NCBI GenBank assembly: GCA_000165345.1
Contig: CM000433.1
Location: 960,001-1,024,000, forward strand
Length of the DNA stretch: 64,000 nucleotides
Direction of reading: 5' to 3'
Position 1 is the first letter of the stretch, and each line of letters opens with the position of its first letter. The position numbers and the translations under genes were made by a program. The notes below the pieces were generated by a model. The model did no database searches. It was not told the origin of the DNA and worked only from the letters and a program-made list of their open reading frames with translations. This document shows positions 1-10,411 of this stretch, piece after piece.

Positions 1-75
1 TTAATCAGAAAAGACTCAGTTTTCTCAAAACCAAGAGATTTAAATGGTAAAATCTGTTCAAATTCAATAATACAT

Positions 76-1839
76 GTGGAGGATTATAAGAATTATAATA
101 ATAGATCCAAAAAGTTGATAAATTTGATAAAAAAGGAAGTAAATGAATTTGATATATATAAAATAACCTTGCATGACTTTTATCATATTGAGATGATTTG
201 TGATAAAGTTTATAAGAAAATTTGGAAAAGAGGAGTTCATTTAAAATCTCCAAATAAAAAGGACAAAGTGGAATTACTGATTTCTAAATTGCAGCTTGAG
301 ACTGTTCTGGACAATTTTGCTACGTCTCCAAAACTAAATAACTTGAATTCTGGATTAGAGTGGATAAAGGTTTCTTTAAATCTTGAAAATTTATCAGAAA
401 GTAATAAAATAATCAAAGAGATCTTTGGAAATGAAATATTCCCTATGAATAACTTTATCTATTGTATATTATCCATGAAACTTGGTGAGATTTCTGAGTT
501 TAGAATTTATCCTACTAATAATGAAAAGCTTAACATACTAATTCATTTAACAGGATTTCACTGGGAAAAGAATATCCGCATAAAACTCCCATTTAATAAA
601 GAAATTCAAAATAATAATGTTAAATTATCATCCTTTGAGAACGAGTCACTATATAATGACAATTCCATTCTTAAAGACGGAAAATTATCAGCTAAAAGAA
701 TTTCTAGCTTAAATTTAGAACATAATACAAGAATTAATATTCTTTTAGAAAACTTTACTTTTGTTGATAATTTTAACCAAGGAAAAAGAATTGAACTTTC
801 ATTACCATTTAAATCCACTGAAAACATTAAAAAAGCTCTTTTACAAGTTACTCCAGGCTTTTACAATCTTCCAATATGGCTTGAACAATCTATTCTTTAT
901 TGTTTTCTTGGAGGAAAATATACTATTAAAATTCCTTTATCAATTATCTTCCTTTTCCCCCCATCAGAACTTCAAGTTAAATCAAAAAGTATAATTCAAC
1001 AAAAAACAAATTCTTTATTTATTTCTGAAAGTAATGCAAATAAAAATTCGCATGCAATTTGGGAGGCGGGAAAATTAATCAAAGAACTTGAGAATAAGGG
1101 ATATAAAATTGAAGATAATATTGAAGAAAATTTAGGGTTAGTTTTTGAGTTGGACTTGTCGATTTGTACGAGAGAAGTTGTTGAGAATTATATTCCAGCA
1201 ATTCCAAGTACTGCGAAAATGGAATTTGAATATTACTATAAATTGGGAAGAATTCTTAACAATTATAATGATTTAATATATAATAAAACTTGGAATATTT
1301 TGGCTTTGGAAGTTTTTGATAAATTTTTATATGTAAGTATTTTGCTTCCATTTTACTCAAAGTTGAATAATTGTGAACAATCTAAAAATGGTGTAAAATT
1401 GAAAATTATTGAGAAAGAAAATATTGATAATTCCAAGAATGAATATAATTATCATAATAATAACAAAACTCTCAATGAACAAAATCAGAAATTAATTATT
1501 TTGAAGTATGATAATAATTTTATTGAAAATGTAAATAATGATTCAACAATTAACAAAGAAATGGATTCAATCTCAATTTCTCATAAAATCTTAAACGATT
1601 TAGAATATGAAGAAAAGGAGCATTTAGAAAGCTTTATTAATGTTATTAATATCATACTTAAGATATATTGTGATATGAAACAGTTTGAAAAAGGCTTGAA
1701 TCTACTTAAAAAATATAAATTTCTTAAGGAATTTATATCTACTAATTCTGATATTGTTCAATTATCAGCTCTTAAAAATTATTACTCTAATAATGATACT
1801 TGTAAAATAACAGATTTGAGTTTAAATCAATTTTTTTAA
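76..1839 (+). CDS. Hypothetical protein, 587 aa, Asn/Lys/Ile-rich, no recognisable domain
   Basis: Long uninterrupted ORF in an AT-rich genome. Its codon usage matches the neighbouring confident genes. Only spurious short ORFs overlap it on the other strand. Confidence 0.6.
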   Translation: MEDYKNYNNRSKKLINLIKKEVNEFDIYKITLHDFYHIEMICDKVYKKIWKRGVHLKSPNKKDKVELLISKLQLETVLDNFATSPKLNNLNSGLEWIKVSLNLENLSESNKIIKEIFGNEIFPMNNFIYCILSMKLGEISEFRIYPTNNEKLNILIHLTGFHWEKNIRIKLPFNKEIQNNNVKLSSFENESLYNDNSILKDGKLSAKRISSLNLEHNTRINILLENFTFVDNFNQGKRIELSLPFKSTENIKKALLQVTPGFYNLPIWLEQSILYCFLGGKYTIKIPLSIIFLFPPSELQVKSKSIIQQKTNSLFISESNANKNSHAIWEAGKLIKELENKGYKIEDNIEENLGLVFELDLSICTREVVENYIPAIPSTAKMEFEYYYKLGRILNNYNDLIYNKTWNILALEVFDKFLYVSILLPFYSKLNNCEQSKNGVKLKIIEKENIDNSKNEYNYHNNNKTLNEQNQKLIILKYDNNFIENVNNDSTINKEMDSISISHKILNDLEYEEKEHLESFINVINIILKIYCDMKQFEKGLNLLKKYKFLKEFISTNSDIVQLSALKNYYSNNDTCKITDLSLNQFF

Positions 1840-2008
1840 ACAATTCAATTGAAAGATAAATTCGGTTTTGGATATTTTTCTTTATATTAATAGTTTTTTA
1901 CTCATTTATTCGTGATGTCTTTAAATAAATAGTTCAATATTATTATTTACATCTAATTTTTTTTACACCAATAATTTATTCATTAATTTGTAATATTTTC
2001 TATTAATT

Positions 2009-2344
2009 TTATAGTATTGTCTTCTTAACTTCTTTACCTGAAACTTTCACATATTTGCTTTTTACTCTTCCTAGAGATTTGCCAAAAATAACTAAATCCT
2101 TGATAACCAAATCCCATTTTCCATCAATACAGTTATAATGACTAATGGCTCCTTCACACTTAAGCTTTCGACCTGATTTTACATGTTTTTTTAAAATTTC
2201 TGAACAAGATTCTATATAATTTTCTATCATTTTTGTACTTTGGCTTGGAGAGATTCTTCTATCATTTACAAATTCATTTAATAAAACAACAAAGCTTTTG
2301 CCAATATTTAGCTCCAACCATTCTGAAAAATCTGCACCTTCCAT
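2009..2344 (-). CDS. Small hypothetical protein, 111 aa
   Basis: Compact ORF that fits neatly between two genes: 170 bp from the stop of the upstream gene, and sharing a divergent promoter region with the proteasome gene. No motif recognised. Confidence 0.4.
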   Translation of the reverse strand: MEGADFSEWLELNIGKSFVVLLNEFVNDRRISPSQSTKMIENYIESCSEILKKHVKSGRKLKCEGAISHYNCIDGKWDLVIKDLVIFGKSLGRVKSKYVKVSGKEVKKTIL

Positions 2345-2890
2345 ATCAACTTTGTTATTAATTATTTTAATATATTTTCTGATAAAATATTTATTAAAAT
2401 TAACAAATTTTCAAGTTTTGTTATTTAATTTCTAACAATAAAACCAAATTGGACTTTTTTTGTATTTGTTTTAATTAATTAATTACATTTTCTTTTATTA
2501 TCCACCATGTATGTAACTTTAATATATATCAAACTAAGATATATATTAATTCCCAACTTTTACCAAATACTAATATATCTCCTTTAGATTATGTTTTTTT
2601 AAAAGAATTAAATACAGATGAAAATTGGTTCAACAACTTTGCATTAAAATTAAAATGTTATATATCCAACACTATTAAAAAATCATTACAATATGAAAAG
2701 TTCAAACTATTTGTCAAATCTATTTTAAGTGAATACTAACAAATATATATTATAAATGTAAAACAATACTGATAAATGTAAAATATTACTGAAAATTCTT
2801 TCTTTTCTTTACAATTTATTATTCATTTATTAGCACAAATAATATAAATATGCTACACACATAAATTAAATATTATATATTTGTTAGTTA

Positions 2891-2910
2891 CCGCCCAAAT
2901 GTGGCGGGAG
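2891..2910. promoter_or_regulatory. E2F-like GC box pair (ccgcccaaatgtggcgggag) in the divergent promoter of the small minus-strand gene and the proteasome beta-5 gene
   Basis: A CCGCCC / GGCGGGA inverted pair in otherwise AT-rich DNA, about 290 bp upstream of the PSMB5 start. Confidence 0.5.
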
Positions 2911-3200
2911 TTTTTGGGGGGTGTTTTGGAGAAATGTAATAATAAATTGATATTAATAATAATTGTATAGTAATTAAATAAGTAAAAATTGAGGATATTT
3001 GTTTAATTGTTAAACATTGTGAGTTTGAAGAAAGGTTAAAAGAAAGGGAGGAACAAGTTGTTTTTTTTAAAGAATAACAAAAGAATAGTTTATAACTTAA
3101 TTCAAGCCAATTGTGTTAAAGATTGCAAAATAGTTTGTTATATTGCATTACTTTTCTGTTAATTTTTTTCGTAAATAATCCATACAAGTTTGTAAAAAAA

Positions 3201-4073
3201 ATGACTTTTGATTTTTTGGATTCAGGCATTGAAGCAATCAACCACTATGGAATAAGAAATGAGAATTTGAAAAATTCAGGATTTTTAAGATTGGATTTCT
3301 TTGGAAATGATAAAGATGAAGAAGATTTTGTGGAAAGAATATATGAAGAAACTTTTCAATATGCAAAGATTGAAAATCCATGTAAATTTGTAAGTGAATA
3401 TAATAAAGGAGAGATCAGAAAGATGATGAATAGAGGTACTACAACATTAGGATTCATTTATCAAGGAGGAGTAATATTAGCAGTTGATAGTAGAGCATCA
3501 CAAGGAAGTTATATTGCAAGTCAAGAAGTGAAAAAGATTATTCAGATTAATGATTTCTTATTAGGAACTATGGCAGGAGGTGCAGCAGATTGTTCATATT
3601 GGGAAAGAGTACTTTCAAAGTTATGTAGACTTTATGAACTTAGAAATGGAGAAAGAATTAGTGTAGCGGGAGCTTCGAAGATGATCACCAATATATTCTT
3701 CCATTATAGAGCTTATGATCTTTCTGCAGGAATTATGATTGCAGGATTTGATAAAGATGGTCCTCATCTGTATTATGTAGATAATGAAGGATCTAGAGTA
3801 AAAGATTGTAAATTTTCTGTTGGATCAGGTTCTTTATATGCTTATGGTGTTTTAGACAGTGGGTATAGATATGATTTAACTGATGAAGAAGCTATTGATC
3901 TTGGAAAGAGAGCTATTGTAATTGCAACAAACAGAGATGGTGGTTCAGGAGGTCTTGTTAGAGTTTATCAAATAAATAAAAATGGTGTTATTAAGCATGT
4001 ACCAGGAGAAGATGTTTCTGAACTTCATTATGCATACTCTAAAAAACAAGGCACTGATCCAACAAAAATGTAA
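3201..4073 (+). CDS. PSMB5: 20S proteasome subunit beta type-5 (PSMB5/Pre2-like, chymotrypsin-like catalytic subunit)
   Basis: Propeptide followed by the catalytic TTTLGF start. Near-collinear matches to beta-5: GVILAVDSRASQGSYIASQEVKKIIQIN, LLGTMAGGAADCSYWERVL, ELRNGERISVAGASK, LYYVDNEGSRV, FSVGSGSLYAYGVLD, and EDVSELHYAY at the C-terminus. The ORF opens at 3123, but the Met at 3201 (MTFDF) is the more plausible start. Confidence 0.9.
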   Translation: MTFDFLDSGIEAINHYGIRNENLKNSGFLRLDFFGNDKDEEDFVERIYEETFQYAKIENPCKFVSEYNKGEIRKMMNRGTTTLGFIYQGGVILAVDSRASQGSYIASQEVKKIIQINDFLLGTMAGGAADCSYWERVLSKLCRLYELRNGERISVAGASKMITNIFFHYRAYDLSAGIMIAGFDKDGPHLYYVDNEGSRVKDCKFSVGSGSLYAYGVLDSGYRYDLTDEEAIDLGKRAIVIATNRDGGSGGLVRVYQINKNGVIKHVPGEDVSELHYAYSKKQGTDPTKM

Positions 4074-4399
4074 TTTTATCTTTTTTTTCAATATGTGAAA
4101 GTATATATTATTGATTTCAATAACTTAGTAAATATTTCAACTTTTTCTAGCTAAATCAAACAATTAATATTGTTTAATATATTTATTTACATAATTACGT
4201 GTCAGAATTTAGATTTTAACTATAATATCTATTAGATATATATTTATATATCTAATAGACATTTGCATGTATACTAATTAAACTCTGTTCTGATCCTAAT
4301 GTTTGATTTAAAACAATTCTAAATAGTAAATTATTCCATTAGATAACAAATTATTAGTATTTATTTGTTAAGATTTTTTTTTTCCAAGTGTGAGAATGA

Positions 4400-4417
4400 C
4401 ATGCATGCATGCATGCA
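4400..4417. repeat. (CATG)4-5 microsatellite, an overlapping GCATGCA concatemer
   Basis: catgcatgcatgcatgca seen directly in the 630 bp convergent 3' region between PSMB5 and the HAD-like gene. A T19 homopolymer lies nearby at about 4561-4580. Confidence 0.8.
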
Positions 4418-4704
4418 AAACTTAAAAATGATTTTAATAAAATACAAATTAAACAAAACTCAATAATAGCTTATCCTAGCATACTGAAATATATGAAACA
4501 ATAATTCAAGGCTGAAAATATTCATTAATCTACAATTTTCTCTGGCATTGATTATTTTGATTTTTTTTTTTTTTTTTTGTTTTTTTCCTAATCTTATTAG
4601 GCCTAAAGTTAACTAAATATAACTGCATTTCCTATAATACCTTCCTTATTAAGAAACCTGCTAATAAATAAACCCATAAATTAAATTAATATCAATAAAA
4701 TGAA

Positions 4705-6180
4705 TTATTCATCTTCGGTAGAATAATCTTCAAATATATTCATTGTCTCAGAATTAAATGGTTGGCCACTTTCAATAATAATAGAAGAAACAGTATTACT
4801 ATAATTAATCCATGAATGTGATGAGTTTCTTTTTCTTTCAATTTCTATTGCATTTGAGATTGCTTGAAGTTGAGTAATAAAAGCTTTTGGAGAAAGTCCT
4901 GAAGAACATCTAATAATTTTTGAATATCTAACAGCTTTATCAACAACAGCTAAATGAACTGCAGCACATTCTTCAAAATCATTATCGCCAATACTAATCA
5001 AATCTAATTTAATATTGTCTATATTTGAAGTCCATCTAGTTACAATCTTCTCAAATTCAAATTTTTTGGCCAACATCCAATAATTAAAGTACTTTTCTCC
5101 ATCTTCAATATCTGGTTCTTGACCAATAGGATTAGTTCGAATGATCTGAATTCCTAATTCGTTTAAAGCATTACTTAGTTCTGGAAACATAGTATCAACA
5201 ACTTTAAGCCATCCAGTAGATCTTGCATTTGTAACAATTGCTACATCTAAGAACATATTTTTAGCATAACTTAAGATTCGAATAATACTTGGTATTAATT
5301 GGTAATTGACTTGCTGATCAATCTGCATCCTTATATATTGATAGACATTATTAGAAGAATTTGAGAATAAATAGCTCAATGCAGGATTTTGTCTAATCTT
5401 AGTATAAGTGTCTCTAATCCAATCTGTTGGAATTAATGTATCATCAAGATCAAATATTGCAATAGTATTTTTTTGATAAGTATTAGTATTCAAATTATTA
5501 TGATTAGCAAAGATATTTAAATTATCATAATTATATCTATATCCATAACTTTGAATATTCTGAGTAATTTTCATTAGATTCAAACCTCCTCTTTGAGTTT
5601 GATTATTAGGTATTTGTTTAACTAAAACTGCACTTTCTTGATTAGTTTTTAAATGACATCCTAATTTTGTTTCACTCTTATTTGATTCATAATTGGAGGA
5701 TGATTCAGATTTTTGCCCTAATCCAGATACTAAACCTAGGCTTGTGCTTGGACCTAGAATTGTTCCAGCTCCTATTCCTGCTCCTGTTCCTATTCCTGCT
5801 CCTGTTCCTATTATTGCTCCTGTTCCTATTACTGCCCCTGTTCCTGCTCCTAACTCAGATCTTGCAGTCTCTAATGATGAAGAATTTGGATTTGAATTAT
5901 ATTCAATATTCCTTCCCGGAATTGAATATTCACCTTTAGTTTTTAAATGAGTAGCATTTAATGTTGCATAATTTGAAATATCGCCTTGAGCTCCTAAAGA
6001 TGAATTACTATTTGAATGAATTCTGCTTTGAGAATTATTTAATGTTTCAAATCCTTGATCTTTGCTTGGAGAATTTTGGTTTTGTGCAAATATTAAACCA
6101 CGTTTAAACGTATGTATTGGTGAACAAAGGCTAGCTAAGTCTATAATAGCCATCTTATTTGAATTATTTCTATCTTTCAA
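4705..6180 (-). CDS. HAD-superfamily phosphatase-like protein (possibly MDP-1-like) with a long N-terminal low-complexity region and an internal Gly/Thr/Ala/Ile repeat
   Basis: HAD motif I FDLDDTLIPTDW (compare MDP-1 FDLDYTLWPFW) and a motif IV-like ISIGDNDFE. A GAGTGAVIGTGAIIGTGAGIGTGAGIG stretch is encoded by a tandem 18-nt repeat. Confidence 0.45.
   Translation of the reverse strand: MKDRNNSNKMAIIDLASLCSPIHTFKRGLIFAQNQNSPSKDQGFETLNNSQSRIHSNSNSSLGAQGDISNYATLNATHLKTKGEYSIPGRNIEYNSNPNSSSLETARSELGAGTGAVIGTGAIIGTGAGIGTGAGIGAGTILGPSTSLGLVSGLGQKSESSSNYESNKSETKLGCHLKTNQESAVLVKQIPNNQTQRGGLNLMKITQNIQSYGYRYNYDNLNIFANHNNLNTNTYQKNTIAIFDLDDTLIPTDWIRDTYTKIRQNPALSYLFSNSSNNVYQYIRMQIDQQVNYQLIPSIIRILSYAKNMFLDVAIVTNARSTGWLKVVDTMFPELSNALNELGIQIIRTNPIGQEPDIEDGEKYFNYWMLAKKFEFEKIVTRWTSNIDNIKLDLISIGDNDFEECAAVHLAVVDKAVRYSKIIRCSSGLSPKAFITQLQAISNAIEIERKRNSSHSWINYSNTVSSIIIESGQPFNSETMNIFEDYSTEDE
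5772..5852. repeat. Imperfect tandem 18-nt minisatellite (cctattcctgctcctgtt, 4 copies plus a partial one) inside the HAD-like CDS
   Basis: Directly visible on the plus strand. On the minus strand it encodes a (G-T/A-G-A/I) repeat; in the plus frame it reads (PAPVPI)n. Confidence 0.85.
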
Positions 6181-7321
6181 AATTTATTATTATTATTATT
6201 ACCTTATCCAACTGACAATATAGTAGTAATATATTGAATACTTATTGTGAAAAAAAGTTATTTAATTTAATGACTTTTTAATTGATATTGTAATTCTATA
6301 AATTTGTAGAAAATTGTCATTACTTAATTAGACCAAGAAATAAATCTTTAGATTATTGACTTCCCAAACAAATATCTAAACTCAATATTTTTTTTCAGTT
6401 TTAAACTCGCAAATAGATGAATGAAATTTATTTTGCAATGAAATTTATCTATGAAAATATAATATATTATTTAGAATTGGCTTATTTTGACGCTTATCTT
6501 AATAGATCTTATTAGAAATTCTAAATTATATGCTTTTTAATTCTCTATTCTCTTTTCAGACTTTTATATTATTTGATATTTTCATGATATATCTATTGTT
6601 AGTTATTTTACTTATACCTAAATTATCGTCTAATCTTTTTGACATGTTACCACCTGGGTGCACATTGCTGGCGCCAAAATGATTCTCGGAGAACACTGAG
6701 TGTTTTTGCATATATTACACCCTTGATATAAAAAATCGTTTAATTAAATATTTGATTTTATTTAATTATTTTAATTTTAAAGCTACTTTAAAAATTTATA
6801 TTAATATATGATATTTTAGCCAAAAAATGATTGAAAACTATATTAATCTCTGGGGGTGAAACTGGGAGGAAAAAAAAGCACTAATTAAATTTCCTTTTTT
6901 TTAATTTTTGTTTAACAGCTAAATGCTAATTATCACAATAATTACTTAAATTTTCGTCATTATTGTTGTTAGTTGCAATGATATTTACTATTTAATCATT
7001 TGAAGAATATTTATTTACTCATTTCCTGTCAAATAATTAATTTTCTATTTAGAGCTTTATTTTATTTTTCCATGCATTACATGCAAATGCATGCAACCAA
7101 ACACGTCATACATGCAAATTTGTTATTGTTTTTATTGTCCACATTGAATTGAAAGATTTGTGGAAAAAATGATTAAATCAATTAAGAGAAAAATTTGGCA
7201 ATTGATTTATAAACATTTTTTTTATTATAGTATAACAATAATCCTTACTAACAGTAATACACCACTGGATAAATCTATATCAATAACTCCACATATTTAT
7301 TGGATTAATGCTATAATATTA

Positions 7322-10300
7322 CTATTTAAGTTCAACATTAATTACACCATCAGCAAATTCAACAGGCTTCTCTAAGCCGGCTTTATTATTACTGATGTCT
7401 ATTTGACCAATTTTTCGGTTGAAGGCAAAATCATGGCTCTTACTTGGGAATAAATGAATTTTTGGTGGTACACATCCGTGAATAATAAATGTACTTGCAA
7501 GAAATGCCATAATATGCCATATTGAATGGAAAAACCAATAAGTGTCCACAGTTTCAAGAAACCAAGTAATACAACCAATGGTGCCCATAATAAATCCAAT
7601 TAAAATATGTCTAGGTGAGTAATATTCACGATCAAAAATGAAAATAAGTTTCTTATAACCGTTAATAATGGAATATTGTAAGCGAGTAAAAAAATGATTT
7701 GCATTACGAACTGTTGAATTTAAATTCCGAGCAGAATTTGGATTCTGAGCAACATCATCAACTGAAGCAATATCATCAACTTTTGAAATATTAAACTGAG
7801 ATGCAGAAGAATTTTTCTGACAATCTTTACAAGCGCTAATGCAATTTGAAGAATTTTGTGGAGATTTTTTCAATTCTTCGCTATTATTTGAATTATTGTT
7901 ATCTTTTGAAATTAAATTGGTTGGAGTATTTAATGTATTTGTCAACTCAATGGGAATTGTACACGAAATATTTGATGGGATCTTTTCACTATATAATTTT
8001 GTGGTACTATACCAATAAATTATTCTTGAAAGTAGAATTGTAAAACAATTCATTAATGGAATTACTGTTGTTACTAGTCTTGAAGTTAATAAAGTAAGAA
8101 GAACTAAAACAATTATCTGTGCGAATAATAATGAAATCTCAACTTTATAATTAAATCTGCAAAGTAATATAAATACAAAAGAAATAATAAGCTGAGCTGA
8201 AATTAAATCACCTTTTAAAAGCATATCTTCATGATCAACAAGTAAACCAACTTCTGCAGCATGAAATATTGATGATATTAATCCTGCAATAAAAGCTAAA
8301 AAGGCTACTAGCCATTTCTTCTTAAATATGCATACCAGAATTGTTGGAATTGCAACAAAATTCGTTCCCACTAATGTTATTGGATAAGCTAATATTGATT
8401 GACTTGATAAATATGGATATGAACAATAAAATCCACCCCATCCAGGATAGCACGAACAATAAATATTAATATTTCCCGAATATTCTACTAAAGAACAATC
8501 TCCATGTCCTGAACATGTTGATGCTTTACACATTTTTGGTATCATCTGATGCTTCAATCTAATATTTATTGATTTTATTGGAATATTCTCCGTTGGTTTA
8601 ATATCTGTCTTAATATTGATCTTAAAAGCAAATGGAAGATTATTATTAATTGTTGATAGTGGTATTGAAATATTTGCTATCTGTATTATTGAATTATCAA
8701 TTATTTTGGGTTCTGAAGCTGTATTAAAGATTTTCGTCTCTTTTAATTCATAATCTTTTATTAAATTATAATTATTCTCATTATATACTGGAAATCTTCC
8801 AAGTAATCCAATATAATCAATGATCAGTGAGCAATTATATCTATCAAATAAATACAATAATTCATTACTTATATATAAAAACAAATTATTACTTTCAAAA
8901 GAAAGAATATTTGTTTTTGTTTTTGGTATTACAATATAAAATGGTTCATTCAATTTAACATTCATATCCAAATTTTCACTCTCTATCATTCTTGGCATAG
9001 TTTCCAATTTATAATTTGGATCTACTCTTGTTGTTAACCACTTTACTATGAATGGATCTCCTGTTAATTGTGTATAATTCAAATCATAAAAGAATTTCAT
9101 ATTAAAACTATTTATATTACTATTCTCAGATATCCCCATATCTATGTTTGATCTGGTATTATATTGGAAAAGAAATGGATAAATGAAATATTTTGATGGT
9201 TTTATATTATTTAAAATTAAATTTACTTTGATCATCTTTGGATCATTTTTATTATTATTTTCACCACTATCATTTCTTACCAGTTTCATTGATATTGAAT
9301 CAACATTACTTCTAAGTTGTGGAGGAAGATTCTCATTCTTTATTAAATTATCTGATAATTCATTCTTTAAATCAATACATATATTTGGTGAAAATGGTGA
9401 ATTTAAATGATCATTTATTAATGGTATTGATGCTAATGAATCTTTAATGTTCGAATTTGTTTCTTTTTTATCAAATGTTAATTGGTTATTCTTATTTATT
9501 TTATCCAATAATTCATCATTCCAATAATATGGTGATAAGTAAATGCAAAAATTATGTGAAATATTATCAATTAATTCATTATTCATATCTTTTTTATTAT
9601 TATTTATTTCACCAATCTGAATCGAAAATTGTAATACTGCATTACATATTGTAACAAAGTCATTCTCTAATATACAAACTGGAGTTGAAAATATCTTCAA
9701 GTTATTTAATGGTAAATTATTGCTATTAATCATACTTTTACCTGAATCTTTTATATTATCTTTTTTATTATTAATTGGACCAGTTAAGCTATATTCTGAA
9801 GATGGAGAAAGAGTCATAATTTCATTATTATTATATTCCACCAAACATCCAATACTTAAAATTACGTATTGTGAAGAACAAGGACAATAATGTCTTCTTG
9901 TAAATTCTATATCAACATCGCCAATATAAATATCAATATTATAAGCATTATTATCTAATAGTGGGAAATTACATAGAGGAAGTTTTCTACCAAATATTGT
10001 TCCTTTATTAATTCCACTTGGAATATCAATTCTAGTATCATAATTATAAGGTGTTGCCAAATTTCCGCATCTCAAAAAAATCGTAAATCCTTGAGTTAAT
10101 GTACTTTCAATAATTTTTATCTCTAATTCTGGATATATAAATGAATTTGGAGTTGTTACTGAAAAATGGTAATTATCACATAAGTATAACTTTTTTGTAG
10201 GCATCCATGTAATTTTTGGTCCTATTGTATTCTTTTCCTTTATATTATTATTATTACTACTTTTAATTCCACCTCTATTCGTATTTTTCGCTAATTCGTT

Positions 10301-10411
10301 ATATTCTTTTATTGAAATAAAGTCCTCACATGGAATCTCCTTAGATATTAATAATATTATTAAAAATATAAATTCAACCAATAATTTTCTGTGTAATATA
10401 ACTTTATTCAT
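7322..10411 (-). CDS. Large secreted/membrane protein: signal peptide, about 600 aa N-glycosylation-rich ectodomain, EGF-like module, C-terminal 7-TM region (TMEM8/PGAP6-like, CREST-type putative hydrolase)
   Basis: Hydrophobic N-terminal leader. EGF-like Cys pattern CKASTCSGHGDCSLVEYSGNINIYCSCYPGWGGFYCS is followed immediately by multiple TM helices with conserved His/Asp (HAAEVG, HILIGFIMGTIGC, WHIMAFLASTFIIHG). This matches the TMEM8/DUF3522 architecture. Confidence 0.45.
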   Translation of the reverse strand: MNKVILHRKLLVEFIFLIILLISKEIPCEDFISIKEYNELAKNTNRGGIKSSNNNNIKEKNTIGPKITWMPTKKLYLCDNYHFSVTTPNSFIYPELEIKIIESTLTQGFTIFLRCGNLATPYNYDTRIDIPSGINKGTIFGRKLPLCNFPLLDNNAYNIDIYIGDVDIEFTRRHYCPCSSQYVILSIGCLVEYNNNEIMTLSPSSEYSLTGPINNKKDNIKDSGKSMINSNNLPLNNLKIFSTPVCILENDFVTICNAVLQFSIQIGEINNNKKDMNNELIDNISHNFCIYLSPYYWNDELLDKINKNNQLTFDKKETNSNIKDSLASIPLINDHLNSPFSPNICIDLKNELSDNLIKNENLPPQLRSNVDSISMKLVRNDSGENNNKNDPKMIKVNLILNNIKPSKYFIYPFLFQYNTRSNIDMGISENSNINSFNMKFFYDLNYTQLTGDPFIVKWLTTRVDPNYKLETMPRMIESENLDMNVKLNEPFYIVIPKTKTNILSFESNNLFLYISNELLYLFDRYNCSLIIDYIGLLGRFPVYNENNYNLIKDYELKETKIFNTASEPKIIDNSIIQIANISIPLSTINNNLPFAFKINIKTDIKPTENIPIKSINIRLKHQMIPKMCKASTCSGHGDCSLVEYSGNINIYCSCYPGWGGFYCSYPYLSSQSILAYPITLVGTNFVAIPTILVCIFKKKWLVAFLAFIAGLISSIFHAAEVGLLVDHEDMLLKGDLISAQLIISFVFILLCRFNYKVEISLLFAQIIVLVLLTLLTSRLVTTVIPLMNCFTILLSRIIYWYSTTKLYSEKIPSNISCTIPIELTNTLNTPTNLISKDNNNSNNSEELKKSPQNSSNCISACKDCQKNSSASQFNISKVDDIASVDDVAQNPNSARNLNSTVRNANHFFTRLQYSIINGYKKLIFIFDREYYSPRHILIGFIMGTIGCITWFLETVDTYWFFHSIWHIMAFLASTFIIHGCVPPKIHLFPSKSHDFAFNRKIGQIDISNNKAGLEKPVEFADGVINVELK

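Noticed and set aside
2911-2928. ttttggggggtgttttgg as a telomere-like G-strand repeat
   Set aside because: Single copy, not tandem, and internal to a promoter. Not a telomeric array.
3123-3200. N-terminal 26 aa of the PSMB5 ORF (MQNSLLYCITFLLIFFVNNPYKFVKK)
   Set aside because: Hydrophobic and unconserved. The Met at 3201 gives a normal-length beta-5 propeptide, so the upstream extension is probably 5' UTR read-through in frame.
5667-5950. Plus-strand ORFs (90 and 85 aa) reading LFLLLLFL.. and PAPIPAPVPIPAPV.. across the repeat
   Set aside because: They lie entirely antisense within the HAD-like CDS and are alternate-frame readings of the 18-nt minisatellite. Low-complexity artefacts.
7160-7375. 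71-aa plus ORF at the 3' end of the TMEM8-like gene
   Set aside because: Overlaps the terminal codons of a well-supported minus-strand CDS. Low-complexity Ile/Asn-rich and probably spurious.
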